A stretch of DNA of 64,000 bases. Source: Candidatus Woesearchaeota archaeon (lineage in GTDB: Archaea; Nanobdellota; Nanobdellia; Woesearchaeales; GW2011-AR15). How positions within the stretch are numbered: the first letter of the stretch is position 1; every line of letters begins with the position of its first letter. Shown piece by piece: positions 17,309-27,600 of this stretch. The stretch is from contig JAFGJW010000014.1 of the NCBI GenBank assembly GCA_016928835.1, forward strand, positions 27,751-91,750. Reading direction: 5' to 3'. Position numbers and translations under genes: made by a program. The notes below the pieces were generated by a model. The model worked only from the letters and a program-made list of their open reading frames with translations. It was not told the origin of the DNA and ran no database searches.

Positions 17309-17989
17309 ATGGAAAAAGAAAAAAATCATTTAGTTAATATTTCGATTGTGGCTATTGTTGGGATAGTGGCAATTTTTGGACTAGTCGTTATAGTAAGAAA
17401 TAATGCAGCGGTTTATTCTGGAGAGGATCTTGCAGGAGCTGCTTTTTCAGTCAGCAAAGCATGTCCCAGCTCACTTAGTTGCAGATCCCCATGTTATATG
17501 AGGTGGACACCAAGCGGATGTATATGTACCTGTCCAAGGGAGTGTCCTGATGACCCAACCTGTATTCTCCCATGTTATATGGAGTGGACACCCAGGGGAT
17601 GCGTGTGCGTGTGCCCAACCACCACCACTACTAGTACTACTACTACAACCTTATCAACTCCACCATGCTGGCCAGATTGCGGTTGCGGATATCCCGACGG
17701 ATGTACAGCGGGTGTTGATTGCCTTTGTTACGACCCAGATTGCACGATGACAGGAAATTATATTGCGAGTTTCCAAACCTCTAATTATGCATATGCTTAT
17801 ACTGGAGGAAGTTGGACAAGCCAGTATGATAACTGCAATGCAGCCTCTCCCAGTGTACCGCTTAATGAAAGGATATGCTTCTGCTCAGGTGGCACTTGCA
17901 GCATCCAATCAGTGTCAGAATCTTGTGGCAATATCTGCGGAGGATGCACTTGTCATTATAACGGAGACCCTGACTGGTGCGGTCCGTAA
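17309..17989 (+). CDS. Cys-rich secreted/anchored protein with a conserved N-terminal signal-anchor and a Thr-rich linker
   Basis: N-terminus NHLVNISIVAIVGIVAIFGLVVIVRNNA...AGAAF shared with ORF 38555..39781; repeated CYM(R/E)WTP(S/R)GC(I/V)C(T/V)CP module; TTTTSTTTTT linker. Confidence 0.55.
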   Translation: MEKEKNHLVNISIVAIVGIVAIFGLVVIVRNNAAVYSGEDLAGAAFSVSKACPSSLSCRSPCYMRWTPSGCICTCPRECPDDPTCILPCYMEWTPRGCVCVCPTTTTTSTTTTTLSTPPCWPDCGCGYPDGCTAGVDCLCYDPDCTMTGNYIASFQTSNYAYAYTGGSWTSQYDNCNAASPSVPLNERICFCSGGTCSIQSVSESCGNICGGCTCHYNGDPDWCGP

Positions 17990-18044
17990 AGTTTTTTTTA
18001 TTTTTTTAACAACTTTTAAATAAACTTCTTTTTTCTTTTATTCT

Positions 18045-19802
18045 ATGCCAAGAATTGCTGTAGTTAAGAAACCATTGTGTAACCCCGAGGTATGCGGAAA
18101 TTACCTCTGCACTAGAGTGTGCCCTGTCAACAGGGCCAAAAAAGACTGCATTGTTCGAAGTGAAGATAACAAGGTAGAGATAGATGAAAAGCTCTGCATT
18201 GGCTGTAACATATGTGTACAGAAATGCCCTTTTGAAGCAATTCATATTATTAACCTTCCAGAAGAACTGAAGAAAGCACCAATACACCGCTACGGCCCGA
18301 ACCAGTTTGCACTATATAATCTACCAATACCTGTTTTCGGGAAAGTAGTTGGTATTGTCGGCATCAATGGAATTGGAAAGACAACTGCAATCAATATTTT
18401 GGCAGGAGTGTTAAAACCTAATTTGGGAAGTTATGAAAAAGAAGCTAATGTCAATGAAGTGATTGATTACTTTAAAGGAACAGAGGCACAGCTGTTCTTT
18501 CAAAAGATTAGAGATGGAGAAATTAAGGTCAGTTATAAACCTCAGCATGTTGATTTAATACCAAAAAAATTCAATGGAAATGTAATTGATCTGCTGAGAA
18601 AGGCTGATGAAAAAAAGCAAGCAGATGAAATAATCAGATTGCTGGAATTGGAAAAAATAAGAGAGCATAATATAAAAAATATCTCTGGGGGAGAGCTGCA
18701 GAGGGTGGCTGTTGCTGCAACTGTGCTGAAAAAAGCAAACCTCTATATTTTTGACGAAGTGACTTCCTACCTTGATATTAAACAAAGACTAAAAGTGGCA
18801 AAATTCATACGCGAGCTGGCAGATGAAAAAACTGCTGTAATAGTAATTGAGCATGATTTAATAGCACTAGACTATATGACTGATTTGGTAAATATTATGT
18901 ATGGCAAAGCTGGCTGCTTTGGCATCGTTTCAAATCTAAAACCAACCAAAAACGGTATCAATGCATTTCTTGAAGGTTATTTAAAAGAGGAAAATGTAAG
19001 ATTCAGAGACCATAAAATAAAGTTTGAGGTCAAGCCGCCACAGACCTACAAGAGGGAACATACTCTTACCAATTGGCCTGAGTTGACTAAAAAATTAAAC
19101 GGATTTACATTGGAATCAAAACAAGGTGAATTATATATAAATGAAAAGGTTGGTGTCCTGGGAGAGAATGGAATTGGAAAAACAACTTTTGTAAAATTAC
19201 TGGCAGGAGTAATTGAACCAGATAAAAATAAACTGGATTTAAAGGTTAAAGTTGCATATAAACCCCAATACATTGATTCAAATTCTGGAGACATGGTCAT
19301 GGTTGTATTGCAGAATGCAATTAAAAAATATGAGGTTGAGCTAATAAGGCCGTTAAATATAAAACCCTTGCTTAAGATGAAAATATCTGAGTTAAGCGGA
19401 GGAGAGCTGCAGAGAGTGGCAGTCTGCTCATGTCTTTCTCAAGAAGCAGATTTGTTTTTATTAGATGAACCATCAGCTTATTTAGATGTTGAGCAGAGAC
19501 TAATTGTATCAAAAGTTGTTGCCAATGTTGTTGAAAAACGGAAAGTGTGCGCGCTGGTAGTTGACCATGATTTGCTGTTTCTAGATTATTTATCTGACCG
19601 ATTACTAGTATTTTCAGGCGAACCTGCAATTCATGGTATTGCAGAAGGCCCATTTAACATGGAAAAAGGGATGAATGCTCTACTAAAAGAACTTGAGATT
19701 ACACTAAGAAGAGACCAGGAATCAAAAAGACCAAGGATAAATAAGCTTAGCTCAGTCAAAGACAGAGAGCAAAAAGGCAAAGGCAAGTACTATTACGCAT
19801 AA
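18045..19802 (+). CDS. abcE1: ABCE1/Rli1 ribosome-recycling ATPase (RNase L inhibitor homolog)
   Basis: N-terminal 4Fe-4S ferredoxin Cys clusters (CIGCNICVQKCP), two ABC cassettes (GINGIGKTT / GENGIGKTT, LSGGELQR twice). Confidence 0.9.
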   Translation: MPRIAVVKKPLCNPEVCGNYLCTRVCPVNRAKKDCIVRSEDNKVEIDEKLCIGCNICVQKCPFEAIHIINLPEELKKAPIHRYGPNQFALYNLPIPVFGKVVGIVGINGIGKTTAINILAGVLKPNLGSYEKEANVNEVIDYFKGTEAQLFFQKIRDGEIKVSYKPQHVDLIPKKFNGNVIDLLRKADEKKQADEIIRLLELEKIREHNIKNISGGELQRVAVAATVLKKANLYIFDEVTSYLDIKQRLKVAKFIRELADEKTAVIVIEHDLIALDYMTDLVNIMYGKAGCFGIVSNLKPTKNGINAFLEGYLKEENVRFRDHKIKFEVKPPQTYKREHTLTNWPELTKKLNGFTLESKQGELYINEKVGVLGENGIGKTTFVKLLAGVIEPDKNKLDLKVKVAYKPQYIDSNSGDMVMVVLQNAIKKYEVELIRPLNIKPLLKMKISELSGGELQRVAVCSCLSQEADLFLLDEPSAYLDVEQRLIVSKVVANVVEKRKVCALVVDHDLLFLDYLSDRLLVFSGEPAIHGIAEGPFNMEKGMNALLKELEITLRRDQESKRPRINKLSSVKDREQKGKGKYYYA

Positions 19803-19870
19803 TTCTGTTAAGAATATTTTTTTCAATAAGATTTTTAATGTAGACATTATTTATGCTGGAGAAATAGAGG

Positions 19871-22243
19871 TTGAGAATGGATTTCATTACGAGATTAAAA
19901 AACCAAGTATTGATAATGAACGGCGCAATGGGCACCTTTTTCCACGGCAAGTATCCAAGGGATATGTGCTTATATGAACTTAACTTTAAGATGCCTGAGC
20001 TTGTTAACTCTGTGCAAGAGCAATATATCAAGGCAGGAGCTGATTTTATTGAGTGCCTGACCTTTAGTGCAAATAGATACAAACTAAAAGAATTTGGTTT
20101 GGGTAACAAAACAAGAGAGATAAACAGGGCAGCTGTAGACATTGGCAGAAAGCTCGCAAATGAATACAGCAATGTCTTTGTCTTTGCATCAATAGGTCCG
20201 CTAGGGCAGTATATCGAGCCTTTGGGTAAGCTAAGTTCCAAGCAAGCTTATGAATTATATAAGGAACAAGTGGAAGCATGCAGAGAAGCTGACTTCATTA
20301 TGTTTGAGACATTTTCAGATACAAAAGATATGAAAGCTGCAATTTTAGCTGCAAAAGACACTATGAGAAAACCAATTGTCATGGAGGTTACCTTTGATAA
20401 TAATTTAAGAACATCTACTGGCACTGATCCGTTAACTGCATTAAATATCTGCCAGAGTCTCGGAGTCAGTGTTTTTGGGATAAATTGCGGGTTAAGACCA
20501 TATGAAATGGAACCAATTGTTGAGATTCTTGTTAAAAAATCAAAGATTCCTTTAATAGTCCAGCCCAATGGAGGGATCCCTAAACTGGTTAACGGTAAAA
20601 CTGTTTTTGAATCGAACCCAAAAGAATTTGCCAAGTATATGAAGAAGTTTGCTGATCTCGGCATTAATATTGTTGGGGCATGCTGCGGGACAACGCCCGA
20701 GCATGTTAATGAAATAAAGAGGTTAGTGGCAGATATGAAGCCCGTTGAAAGAAACATAAAAAATTATTTTATGTTATCTTCAAGAACAACAACAGTTGAG
20801 TTTGATAATGCAACTGTTCCAGTCATTATTGGAGAACGGATTAATCCAACAAACAGGGAAGATTTGCAGGCAGAACTTAAAAGCGATAAATTTTCTATTC
20901 TAATAAATGATGCAGTTCAGCAATCAAAGATAGCGGATTGTATTGATGTTAATGTTGGCATGCCTTTAATTGATGAAATAAAAATTCTAAAAAAAGCTGT
21001 TCTCAGAATCCAGGAAAAGGTAAGCACACCTTTAGTCATTGATACTTCTAATATCAAAGCACTTGAAGGAGCACTGATGGAATCAAACGGCAAAGTACTG
21101 GTAAATTCTGTAACCGGTGAAGACAGGTCATTAAATATAATTTTGCCACTGGCAAAAAGATATGGTGCTGCTGTGATAGGGCTCTGTATTGATGAAAACG
21201 GAATCCCAGAAAAGGCTCATGATAAAGTAAGAATAGGAAAAAAGATTATTGAGAAGTGCCTTGACTATGGAATCCTGGAGAAGGACATAATTATTGATTG
21301 TGTAACAATGAGTGTTGCCACAAACCAGCAATCTGCAGTTAACACGCTAAATGCTATAGAAGAATTTTCAAGGCTTGGTTATAACACAGTTCTTGGCATC
21401 AGTAATGTCTCTCATGGACTGCCAAACAGGGCTTTATTGAATTCCACCTTTTTTATGCTGGCTGTACAAAAAGGGCTTTCAGCTGCAATACTTAACCCTT
21501 TTGATGCAAGCACTAAAAATAGTCTTTATGCACTTAGAGCATTGATGGGCAAAGACAGCAACTGTTTAAGATATATCAATAGCCAGAAAAATGTTAAGAC
21601 AGAAAAAAGAGAAGGTAAAAAAAAGTCAATTGATGAGCAATTGCACAATGCTGTTATAAATGGAGATAACGAAGTTATTAGTGATTTGGTGGCAGAAGCT
21701 CTACAACACACCAAACCATTGAAGATAAATAATATTCTTGTGTCAGCACTTAAAGAAGTTGGGAAAGAGTATAAATGTGAGAACATTTTTTTGCCGCAGG
21801 TTCTGGCTTCTGCAGAAGTCGTGAAAAAGGCTTTTTCTATACTTAAAGAGCATCTAAATCACCAAGATAGCAAACCAAAAGGGACCATAATGATTGCCAC
21901 AGTGAAAAATGATGTTCATGACATTGGCAAGAATATTGTGATTGCTTTGCTTGAAACACAGGGGTATAAAATAATTGATCTTGGTACAAACGTAGATGAG
22001 GCAACTATTGTCAAAGAAGCAAAAGCTCATAATGCTAAGTTGATTGCTTTGTCTGCTCTTATGACCACAACAATGACAGAGATGGAAAAGGTTATTGGAT
22101 TGTTGAAAAAGGAAAATCTCAAGATACCGGTCATTATTGGCGGTGCTGTAGTTAATCAAGAATATGCAGATGAAATAGGGGCAGATTATGCTAAAGATGC
22201 CCTGGAAGCAATAGAGAAAGTGCAGAATGTTTTGAGAGGATAA
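19871..22243 (+). CDS. metH: cobalamin-dependent methionine synthase core (Hcy-binding + pterin-binding + B12-binding; no AdoMet reactivation domain). The track start is probably TTG; the first ATG is at 19877.
   Basis: Hcy domain with GINCG...GACCGTTPEH zinc ligands; pterin-binding ERINPT; B12 motif DVHDIGKNIV and cap region. Confidence 0.8.
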   Translation: MRMDFITRLKNQVLIMNGAMGTFFHGKYPRDMCLYELNFKMPELVNSVQEQYIKAGADFIECLTFSANRYKLKEFGLGNKTREINRAAVDIGRKLANEYSNVFVFASIGPLGQYIEPLGKLSSKQAYELYKEQVEACREADFIMFETFSDTKDMKAAILAAKDTMRKPIVMEVTFDNNLRTSTGTDPLTALNICQSLGVSVFGINCGLRPYEMEPIVEILVKKSKIPLIVQPNGGIPKLVNGKTVFESNPKEFAKYMKKFADLGINIVGACCGTTPEHVNEIKRLVADMKPVERNIKNYFMLSSRTTTVEFDNATVPVIIGERINPTNREDLQAELKSDKFSILINDAVQQSKIADCIDVNVGMPLIDEIKILKKAVLRIQEKVSTPLVIDTSNIKALEGALMESNGKVLVNSVTGEDRSLNIILPLAKRYGAAVIGLCIDENGIPEKAHDKVRIGKKIIEKCLDYGILEKDIIIDCVTMSVATNQQSAVNTLNAIEEFSRLGYNTVLGISNVSHGLPNRALLNSTFFMLAVQKGLSAAILNPFDASTKNSLYALRALMGKDSNCLRYINSQKNVKTEKREGKKKSIDEQLHNAVINGDNEVISDLVAEALQHTKPLKINNILVSALKEVGKEYKCENIFLPQVLASAEVVKKAFSILKEHLNHQDSKPKGTIMIATVKNDVHDIGKNIVIALLETQGYKIIDLGTNVDEATIVKEAKAHNAKLIALSALMTTTMTEMEKVIGLLKKENLKIPVIIGGAVVNQEYADEIGADYAKDALEAIEKVQNVLRG

Positions 22244-22295
22244 ATTTACAAAAAATCAATTAATTTTTATCTAACCAAAATTTTATTTCATATAA

Positions 22296-22904
22296 ATGAG
22301 CAAAGATATAGACCTATCAAGATACAAAAAATATTTTACTATCAGATATTTTCTTATAATCAGTATTTGCGTCTTAAGCTTTTTTGTTTTCACAAAGTTA
22401 AGGAGATTGTTCTTTATTCTAATTTTGGTTAGTTTAAATTGTGGCTTTGGATATTTAAAGCGCTTGTTATTCATAAATCTTAAACTTGATAGTATTATCA
22501 CAAAATCAATTAATCTTAGACATATAGCAAATGCAGTAGAATTAATCACCTTTACTACGGTACTGAGCAGCTATGCATTTGATTATCTGGCTGGAATGGT
22601 GGTTGGAGGACTGTCAATCATAGGCACATATATTTTTGAAAGGAGAGTATCAAGGTACAGTCTGGCAACTGTTCCTTTATATATACTTTTGGGTTACCTG
22701 GCTTTCCTTTTGAAACCATGTCTCATTGATATTAGGGCACTAGGCATCATTCTTTCACTGGTATATAATATTATCATTAATTCTATTCTATTTACCTTTT
22801 TCAGGGCTAAGCTAGTTAAAATGGGCAGTTTCAGTGTGGTAAATATATTATTGAATGTTTATCTATTTACAAACATAGCGCCGCTCCTTATAAAGATAAT
22901 ATGA
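22296..22904 (+). CDS. multi-pass membrane protein, hypothetical
   Basis: ORF with ~6 hydrophobic helices. Confidence 0.35.
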   Translation: MSKDIDLSRYKKYFTIRYFLIISICVLSFFVFTKLRRLFFILILVSLNCGFGYLKRLLFINLKLDSIITKSINLRHIANAVELITFTTVLSSYAFDYLAGMVVGGLSIIGTYIFERRVSRYSLATVPLYILLGYLAFLLKPCLIDIRALGIILSLVYNIIINSILFTFFRAKLVKMGSFSVVNILLNVYLFTNIAPLLIKII

Positions 22905-22908
22905 GAAT

Positions 22909-24489
22909 TTACATATAGTGTCTTTGACTCTCAAAACCAAAACAATGCCTACAAATCTGATGGCTCTCTCTTCCAGTAATTGAAAGTAACTCTTCTGGAT
23001 GTAGGAACATTAAGGAAGTAACTCCAAGATCATCTCGCATCCAATCAACAAGCTTTCTGTACCTCTCTGAACTAGGATCTGCATATTCAAGGATAACCTC
23101 CCTTGGGACTTGATAAATTAAGTTTATGTCTGGTAAATGATCATCTTCTAGAGCTATTCCTTCAAGTTGGGCTATTCCTCTCCAGGCTAGAAGTTCCCTC
23201 CTATTTTTAATAGAGCGATTAAAAGGACAGTCATCAATGAGAATCGGGCTTCCAACTCTTATATGAACTTCCTGCGGCCCGTATCTTAATATCTTATCTT
23301 CGAGAAGTTGCCGAAGCTGTGTGCCTCTAACAATTGAGTCCTCGAATAAAATAACCTTTCTCCCCTTGATATACTCTGGAAGGGGAATTATTTTCATAGC
23401 TCCCACAAGATCTCTTCTTTCTTGCGTAGGAGGTTGATAACTTCTACCCCATCCGGCTGTATATTTGACTACCAAACGATATATGTCAGGAATTTCTTGT
23501 AGGATTAGAGTATGATCACGTTGCTCTTTGAAGGCTCTTTTCAACAAATGGATTTTACCATTTAAATAACCATAAGCATATGCAATACCAGAATCAGGCA
23601 CCCCGCAGACTGCATCTACATTTGCCCTGTCTCTTGATGCAAGTATCTCTCCTGCTCTGTACCTGTATTCTTCTGCTGTAAAACCAAAAGAGCCAATCGC
23701 CGCCGGAAAATCAGTGTAAATATCCATGAAGGGACATGGTTCTGATTTGCCTGGATCCGCTAACTTCCCAATGTTTTCTTCTAAATTAGTTGCTGTAAAA
23801 TGTATTATTTCTCCTGGAGCCAGGATGCGAAAATAGTTGTAACCAAGATTATTGAAAGGTGTAGTGCTGGTGGCAATACACCTTCCTTGTTTATTCCTTG
23901 CAAGATGCAGCGGACTATTCCCGTATTCATCTGCTGCAGCCCATACACTTGACCCTTCAGAACCATTTACAATCATCACTAGAGTAATTGCTCCTTTTAT
24001 CTTGCTCCTCATATATTCAATACCCTGCTCAATTGCAGATTTCTGGCAGATAAGTTGGTAGACAATATCTGTTTGATTAGGGGTATCTACTCCTTGAGTT
24101 CCGATGGTATCATCACTCACTTGAGTTTGGACAGGATTTCCTCTCTTTAATAGTTCAATTGCTAATTCCTCAAGATTATTTATCTTACCGGCGGTTGCAA
24201 TTGCCACATCCCCCCATATTGAAAAATATGTTAGAGGTTGTGGTTCGCCATCACTAATTACTCCAAGTGCGGTGTGGATTAGAGAGTCTGATCGTAATTC
24301 AATAAGTTTCGCTCTTAATGCTGCTTTAAACTGCGATGAAGAAATTGATCGGATGCTTTTTGTTACTGTCCCATCTCTTACTACTGCAATTCCACCATAT
24401 CTGGTACCCAAGTGGGATAGGTAGTCTGTTCCATAATATCCAGGTAAAAGACAATCTTCTAATGATGTAATAGCAAATATCCCACTCAT
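22909..24489 (-). CDS. purF: amidophosphoribosyltransferase (PurF-like), with Ser instead of the catalytic Cys at position 2
   Basis: Class-II Ntn amidotransferase fold; PRTase motif ILFEDSIVRGTQL; C-terminal Cys (CRHCFGF); N-terminus MSGIFAI instead of MCGI(V/F)G. Confidence 0.75.
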   Translation of the reverse strand: MSGIFAITSLEDCLLPGYYGTDYLSHLGTRYGGIAVVRDGTVTKSIRSISSSQFKAALRAKLIELRSDSLIHTALGVISDGEPQPLTYFSIWGDVAIATAGKINNLEELAIELLKRGNPVQTQVSDDTIGTQGVDTPNQTDIVYQLICQKSAIEQGIEYMRSKIKGAITLVMIVNGSEGSSVWAAADEYGNSPLHLARNKQGRCIATSTTPFNNLGYNYFRILAPGEIIHFTATNLEENIGKLADPGKSEPCPFMDIYTDFPAAIGSFGFTAEEYRYRAGEILASRDRANVDAVCGVPDSGIAYAYGYLNGKIHLLKRAFKEQRDHTLILQEIPDIYRLVVKYTAGWGRSYQPPTQERRDLVGAMKIIPLPEYIKGRKVILFEDSIVRGTQLRQLLEDKILRYGPQEVHIRVGSPILIDDCPFNRSIKNRRELLAWRGIAQLEGIALEDDHLPDINLIYQVPREVILEYADPSSERYRKLVDWMRDDLGVTSLMFLHPEELLSITGRESHQICRHCFGFESQRHYM

Positions 24490-24656
24490 AGCAACCCCTA
24501 ATTCAATATCCAGAATTTTGATTAATAAAGTTATATATTCTTAAGTATACAATTGACCCTACTTTAAAATACTAACAAAGGAAAAATATTTATACTTCAA
24601 GTGTAAAAGGTTATCTAAATGGGGGAGCTTTTTTAACACATTATAAGGTTATCTAA

Positions 24657-27600
24657 ATGGGAAATCTGATTACACCCGAGTTTAGGAAGGGATTCTTCTA
24701 TCTTCTTCCACCCGAAATTACGGGGAAAGTAGTCTCTAGTATACAAGTCGGACCTTTTCACGAAGTGGGCTTAGCAGCTGAACTCAATAAATTTTTCGGC
24801 TTGTCAATTGAAGATTTGTGGAGAATTAATCAATATATACTAGTTCATTCTCAAGGGATACAAGGATTAGAGCAACTTGTCCAAGGCAAACCATTTGTTG
24901 ATCCTGTCATTCAGAGAGCCTCACTCAATAGTCCACTAATAACAGAACTGGGCATTGATTACGACCATGTTCTACATAGCATGCTAAGGCCCGGTACAAG
25001 TGATGCACAGGGCAATATTGCTTTACAGCAAGCTTTGCTTGCCCTTGGGCAACCATTAACAGATGGTGACCAGGGATTTTTTGCTAGACAATATTTTCTT
25101 AAAGGCAAGTTAACTCTTGAGGAAGTAGAAGCAGTATCTGCTTTTCTGGCAAATCCTGAATTAATGTTAAGATATAACTTAAGCAGGGCAGATTATCAGC
25201 AGGGATTTCAGGTTCAAGTTCCGATTGTAACCCTTAAACCAGAAACTAAGGTTGAAAGATTTGATGTTGCTAATATGTCTGATCAGGAGTTGTTAGAACT
25301 TAATGCACAAAGAAAGCTTGCCGCATCGCTCGAAGAGCTGCATCAATTTAGGGACATGTACAGAGATAAAAAATTCTTAGAAAAAAGAGGAGACTATGGT
25401 CTAGATCATCATGCAACAGATATTGAAATTGAAACCTGGTTTGGTTTAAGATCAGAACACTGTTTCCATAAAGAGTTCAATGCATGCATAACTTTAGCGG
25501 ATCTTGCTAATGATCCTATATTTGCAAAGGCATTAGCAGAAGGATTTCTCAGCACAGATGCAGATGGCAACTATGTATTAGGAGATGGATTGTTTAAAAT
25601 ATTTATAGAAGCACCTGCAAGAGCAATCCATGCAAGACTAGTAGAGAGAGGAAGGAACTGGATTGCCAGCATGTTTGATGACAATTCTGGTGTTGTTTTT
25701 TATGATCAGGATTATATGTTCTGCATAAAATTTGAAACCCATAACTCGCCTTCAAATAAAGAACCTATCCAAGGTGCAAAAACAGGTATAGATGGAGTTA
25801 ATAGAGACATCTTCGGAACAATGCTTGGCACATTTGATGCTATTGCGAATTTCTTTTTTTATTGCACGGGCGATCCAAGTTATGCAGGATGGTTGCCTAG
25901 AGGTGTCAAACACCCGTACGTTATTCTGAAAGGCATAACACAGGGAGTTAGAGAAGGAGGAAATGAAAGTCAGATACCAACTTTGGGAGGAGGTATTATA
26001 ACTGACCCGAGGTATATGGCAAAATGTTTAGTATACTGTGGCACAGTCGGCTGGTCTCCTGTCTGCTCAGATGAAGGAAGGAGTTATCTTGTTAAGAATC
26101 CACAAGTGGATGACATTGTTCTTGTTGCCGGCCAACCAGTTGGAATTGATGGGGTTCATGGAGCCACAGAAAGCTCTTTAAGTGCGGGAGCACACATTAG
26201 CCTAGGCCACGTGCAGGCTGACTTTTCATTTATACAGGCAAAACTAAAACAATACTTACTTGAAGTTGCGAGAGCTCGCTTGCTGAGCTCTGTTACAGAT
26301 TTTGGTGCAATGGGTCTTGGTTCTGCTGCAATTGAAACTGCAAGAGCAACTAATGGCTTGGAGTTAGACTTAGCATTGCACCCAGTGAAATACCAAGGCA
26401 TACAACCTTGGCAGGTCATTGCTTCTGAAACCCAGGATAGGATGCTCCTTGTTGCAAGACCAGATAACCTCAGTCAGCTTCTAGAGAAAGCTGGAGTCCA
26501 TGATGTTGAAGTCGCACAATTGGGAAGACTCACAGACACTGGTTATGTACATTTAACATATAATGGGAAATCTGTTGCATTGATAGATATTGACAGATTG
26601 TTTGATAAAGAGCCAAGAAAAAGAATGTATGCCACATGGACACAACGAGCAGTCCAAGAAGAGATAAGTATACGGGGCTGCTATTCATTGGAAGAGTCTC
26701 TCTGTATGGTAATGCAAAGGCCAGATGTTGCTTCGAAGGAGTGGTTCTTCAGGCAGAAGGACTCTGGCGTTAAAGGCGGCACAATACAAGGCCCGTTGAT
26801 AGGGTTGGAACAGGCAGTAGAAGCAGATGCAACCATACAAAAGCCGTTAGAAACAGAAGGAAGGGATTATGGTGCAATTGCCTATGCATTGGGGATTGCT
26901 CCCAAATTATGCGATATTGATCCTTATTTTGCAGCTCAGCGTTCATTCATTGATATGGTCGGAAAGATTATTGCTCTAGGTGGTGCTTTGCCTGACATGC
27001 AGACTCCTCAGTGGGATGCATGGGCTGTTTGTGGGAATTACTGCCAGCCAAACTCAGATGCAAATACAACATTGGCAAGTGAAAGCGGAGAACACAATTT
27101 AGCTGCATTAATTAGAGAAGGAATTGCAGTAAGGGAATGTGTTGAAAAATTTGGTATACCTGTTATTTCGGGCAAAGACAGTATGAAATGTTCATGCAGA
27201 TATGAAGTTGATGAAAGTTTTCAACTGGAGGTTGTACCACCTGACCTTAGAAAACATATTACACTTATCAGGAGAGGGGATAAGCGATTTATTGAAATCC
27301 ATAATCCTCCAACATATCTTGCTTCAGCAGCAGTAAAAATTGAAGATTATAGAAAATGTGTAAATACTGCGTTCAAACAGGCAGGTGATCTAATATACAT
27401 AGTCGGAACAACAGGGAATCACTTGGGGGCTTCGCAATATTTGCAGGCCATTGGTTATAGAGAACAAGGTACACCATTACTAGGAGGCATATGTCCGCAA
27501 GCAGACCTTGACGAGTTTGTTGAAGTAGCTCATGCTGTTCATGCTGTCATTGATCAAGAACTTGTGGCATCATGCAGCTACATACATAACGGAGGACTTG

